DNA from: Mycolicibacterium smegmatis
GTDB taxonomy: Bacteria > Actinomycetota > Actinomycetes > Mycobacteriales > Mycobacteriaceae
Direction of reading: 5' to 3'
Assembly: GCF_001457595.1 (NCBI RefSeq)
Contig: NZ_LN831039.1
Coordinates: 5,220,001 to 5,252,000, forward strand
DNA: 32,000 nt
Below, piece after piece: positions 29,719 through 32,000 of this stretch (its first letter is position 1; each line of letters opens with the position of its first letter). Under the pieces are notes generated by a model. The model was not told the DNA's origin. It saw only the letters and a program-made list of their open reading frames with translations, and did no database searches. Position numbers and translations under genes: made by a program.

Positions 29719-29774
29719 TCGGTGATTCTCGCAGGTAGTCGAGCCGATCACGAAAACGAGAGAGCCCCGTCACG

Positions 29775-29942
29775 TTGAAGCCCAGCAAGATCGCGGCCCT
29801 GAAACCCAAGAAAAAGTGTTGCCGGAGCAAGCCGCGGTGCAAGCGTTGCCCGGTTGTACTGCACAAAGTCCGCAAGGCCGAGCTCAACGGATTGCGCGGG
29901 AAAGACTTGGAGAAGGTCTACAAACGCTCCAGGAAATCCTAA
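29775..29942 (+). CDS. Candidate small, highly basic Cys-motif protein (55 aa, TTG start); not in the supplied ORF track
   Basis: My translation is (M)KPSKIAALKPKKKCCRSKPRCKRCPVVLHKVRKAELNGLRGKDLEKVYKRSRKS*. The frame is open from 29739. It has a CC-x5-C-x2-C motif and mostly G/C third positions. A weak purine-rich GAGAGAG lies about 10 nt upstream. Confidence 0.4.
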   Translation: MKPSKIAALKPKKKCCRSKPRCKRCPVVLHKVRKAELNGLRGKDLEKVYKRSRKS

Positions 29943-30027
29943 GGTTCGCGAGTACCGTTCTAGGTATCAGTCAACACAGGTGAGACCGCTAAATGGCCTC
30001 GAATTCGGCACACCTGGAGGTACCGTC

Positions 30028-30291
30028 ATGTCGGTTTACGAAGCACTCACCCTCGCTTTGATCATGGTGCTGGCCACCGCCACCACGGTCGCCATCTATG
30101 TCGGGTTGGCCAATTGGATCGGCGCCTGCTACATGGTCCGGTGCAGTGAATGCCATCACCTGACCTTCGCGTCGAAGAACGCGCCGCAGTCCTCCTGCGC
30201 CCACTGCCGTCACCCGATGCTCATGCATCCGATGTACGCGATCCAGCACCCGGGTTCTGTGCGGGTGGTCAACGACCGCCTGCGTTACTGA
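30028..30291 (+). CDS. Small membrane-anchored protein with a zinc-ribbon-like CxxC...CxxC motif
   Basis: 87 aa. GGAGG lies 8 nt upstream of ATG 30028. There is one N-terminal TM helix (LTLALIMVLATATTVAIYVGLANWIGA), then CSECHH...CAHCRH. The track ORF start at 29854 is an extension. Confidence 0.6.
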   Translation: MSVYEALTLALIMVLATATTVAIYVGLANWIGACYMVRCSECHHLTFASKNAPQSSCAHCRHPMLMHPMYAIQHPGSVRVVNDRLRY

Positions 30292-30296
30292 CTGCT

Positions 30297-30749
30297 TCAG
30301 GGCGTCGAGGTCTGCGCCTCTGCGCCCTGGTAGTGCGGCACACCCCGCTCACGGATCTGACGGCCGGTGATCCGCTCGGTGCGGATCCGCACGAAATGGT
30401 CACGCTTGCCGTCGACCCACGGCTGCACGAAGGTGCCGGCCACCTCGACCAGCTGGTCGATGTCGGTGATGGGCTCGGCATGGCCGACGACCGTCACGCT
30501 CCAACCGGTGCGCAGGTCCGGGTCCAGCTCGTCGGCCTCGAACGCGACCACCTGGTTCTTGGCCGCCGCCGATAGCTTGCCGCCACCCGCGACGCGGATG
30601 ATCACATCGTCGTGTGACAGGCGGAAGTTGACCGGCTGCACCGCAGGAAGCGCGTCTTCGGTGAACACGAGGCGGCCCACCCGCACCCGCTGGAGCAGAT
30701 CCAGGCACTGCCTACGGCTGAGCACGTCCAGCTCCTGACCTTTCGGCAT
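30297..30749 (-). CDS. Pyridoxamine 5'-phosphate oxidase-family (PPOX-class, possibly F420-dependent) protein
   Basis: 150 aa with AGGAGG upstream. LSRRQCLDLLQRVRVGRLVF...PAVQPVNF...WSVTVVGHAE is the split-barrel PPOX-like pattern common in mycobacteria. Confidence 0.75.
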   Translation of the reverse strand: MPKGQELDVLSRRQCLDLLQRVRVGRLVFTEDALPAVQPVNFRLSHDDVIIRVAGGGKLSAAAKNQVVAFEADELDPDLRTGWSVTVVGHAEPITDIDQLVEVAGTFVQPWVDGKRDHFVRIRTERITGRQIRERGVPHYQGAEAQTSTP

Positions 30750-30830
30750 GACCGACCTCCTGTGAGTGTTCTGTGTCTTTCACTCTCGCGCACAGCACGG
30801 CCGGGCGGCAGTGCCAAAAGTCCCTTCTTG

Positions 30831-31565
30831 TCACCAGCCGCGGCGGTGCGGTTGCGAGCCAACCAACTCGCCGCGCCCGGCGACGTCGCGGCTCCGGTAG
30901 ACGATGTAGGGCCGGAACAGGTAGCCGATGGGTGCGCTGAATACATGCACCAGTCGGGTGAACGGCCACAGGCAGAACAGGACCAGCGCGATCATCACGT
31001 GGATGTGGAAGTACAGCGGCGCCTGCACCATGAGATCGCCGCGTGGCTGCAGGATCCAGATCGACCGGAACCACGGCGACACCGTGTGCCGGTAGTCGTG
31101 CTCGTCGCCCAGCGGGGTGGCGCCCAGCAGGGTGCAGGACAGCCCGGCCAGGATCGCCAGCACCAGCACCAGATACATGACCTTGTCGTTGACGGTCGTG
31201 GCGAGGAACACCGGGCCGGTGGTGCGCCTGCGGTAGATCAGCAGCGCGATGCCGCTGAGCGTGGCGATGCCGGCGATCGCCCCGAGGATGACGGCCTGCA
31301 CGTGGTAGGCGTGCTCGCTGAGCCCGATGGCGTCGGTCCAGGATTCCGGGATCACCAGACCGATGACGTGCCCGACGACGACGACGAGGATGCCGAAGTG
31401 GAACATCGGGCTGCCGATGCGCAGCAGCCGGGATTCGTAGAGCTGTGAGGAGCGCGTGGTCCAGCCGAACTTGTCGTAGCGGTAGCGCCACCACAACCCG
31501 ACGACCACCACGGCCAGCGTCACGTACGGCACCACGTCCCAGAAGATCACCCAGCCCGACATCAC
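30831..31565 (-). CDS. narI: Respiratory nitrate reductase gamma subunit
   Basis: 244 aa. It has five TM helices with heme-ligand His residues (SPMFHFGILVVVVGHV, FHIHVM). The start (GTG 31565 or ATG 31562) overlaps the narJ stop. Confidence 0.9.
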   Translation of the reverse strand: MMSGWVIFWDVVPYVTLAVVVVGLWWRYRYDKFGWTTRSSQLYESRLLRIGSPMFHFGILVVVVGHVIGLVIPESWTDAIGLSEHAYHVQAVILGAIAGIATLSGIALLIYRRRTTGPVFLATTVNDKVMYLVLVLAILAGLSCTLLGATPLGDEHDYRHTVSPWFRSIWILQPRGDLMVQAPLYFHIHVMIALVLFCLWPFTRLVHVFSAPIGYLFRPYIVYRSRDVAGRGELVGSQPHRRGW

Positions 31566-32000
31566 ACACCTCCCTGTGCCCGGCGCGGCGGCACGGTCAG
31601 TTGGAACGGCTCCAGCCCCACCGATTCCCGGGGCGGGCCGGTTCCGAGCAGAGTGCGTGACTGTGTTTCGGCGACGCCGGGCAAGGTTGCGCAGACGGCC
31701 GCGATCGCCGGGGCGTACGGCGAGCAGGCATCGACCAACGCCCGGCGCAGCACGTCGATCGGCACACGGTGGTCGGCGAGCAACCGGCGGCCCGCGACCG
31801 GGTCGACAGTCGCGGCGAACTCCAGGACCACCGGAAGATGATCGGGTGCTTCATGTTTCGGCGGTGCGACGCCCGCGGCCCGGTACGCCTGGGTGAAGGC
31901 CACCATCTGCACACCCCGGTTGCGGGTGTCACCACCGGTCCAGTACGTCAGCAGCATGGTGGTCTGCTTGCGCAGATCGAACGTGTCGACGTACTGCGTG
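31562..32000 (-). CDS. narJ: Nitrate reductase molybdenum-cofactor assembly chaperone, C-terminal part; the 5' end lies outside the window
   Basis: The frame stays open upstream of the track Met to the window edge (...TQYVDTFDLRKQTTMLLTYWTGGDTRNRG...PDHLPVVLEFAA), matching NarJ family motifs. It lies immediately upstream of narI. Confidence 0.85.
   Translation of the reverse strand, partial: TQYVDTFDLRKQTTMLLTYWTGGDTRNRGVQMVAFTQAYRAAGVAPPKHEAPDHLPVVLEFAATVDPVAGRRLLADHRVPIDVLRRALVDACSPYAPAIAAVCATLPGVAETQSRTLLGTGPPRESVGLEPFQLTVPPRRAQGGV

Overview
High-GC (about 67%) actinobacterial chromosome, almost certainly a fast-growing Mycobacterium/Mycolicibacterium of the M. smegmatis type. From memory, gene content and order match the M. 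tuberculosis Rv1201c-Rv1163 region: dapD, fadD36-like ligase, proline utilisation genes (PucR-type activator, P5C dehydrogenase, proline dehydrogenase), dapC-like aminotransferase, fdxC, fadH, fbiC, mshB, lpqW, typA and narJI. It is a densely packed housekeeping region. I see no rRNA, tRNA, CRISPR array, transposase, integrase or recognisable defence system. The only mobile-type gene is a DUF222/HNH (REP13E12-like) endonuclease at 826-2667. Four observations are worth follow-up. (1) A composite intergenic element (short tandem array plus a roughly 65-nt stem-loop with an identical 41-nt spacer) occurs twice in inverted orientation and brackets only the yceI-like gene. (2) Two adjacent small Cys-motif ORFs lie next to typA, and one (55 aa, TTG start) is absent from the ORF track. 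(3) Two envelope-type proteins share N-terminal anchor and C-terminal Lys-rich modules and flank the mshB-lpqW cluster; one carries an internal domain duplication. (4) A 9-bp inverted repeat in the divergent pruA/pruC promoter is a candidate operator. All functional calls come from reading the translations and from remembered family signatures. No database search was run. I cannot claim a clearly novel multi-gene system here.
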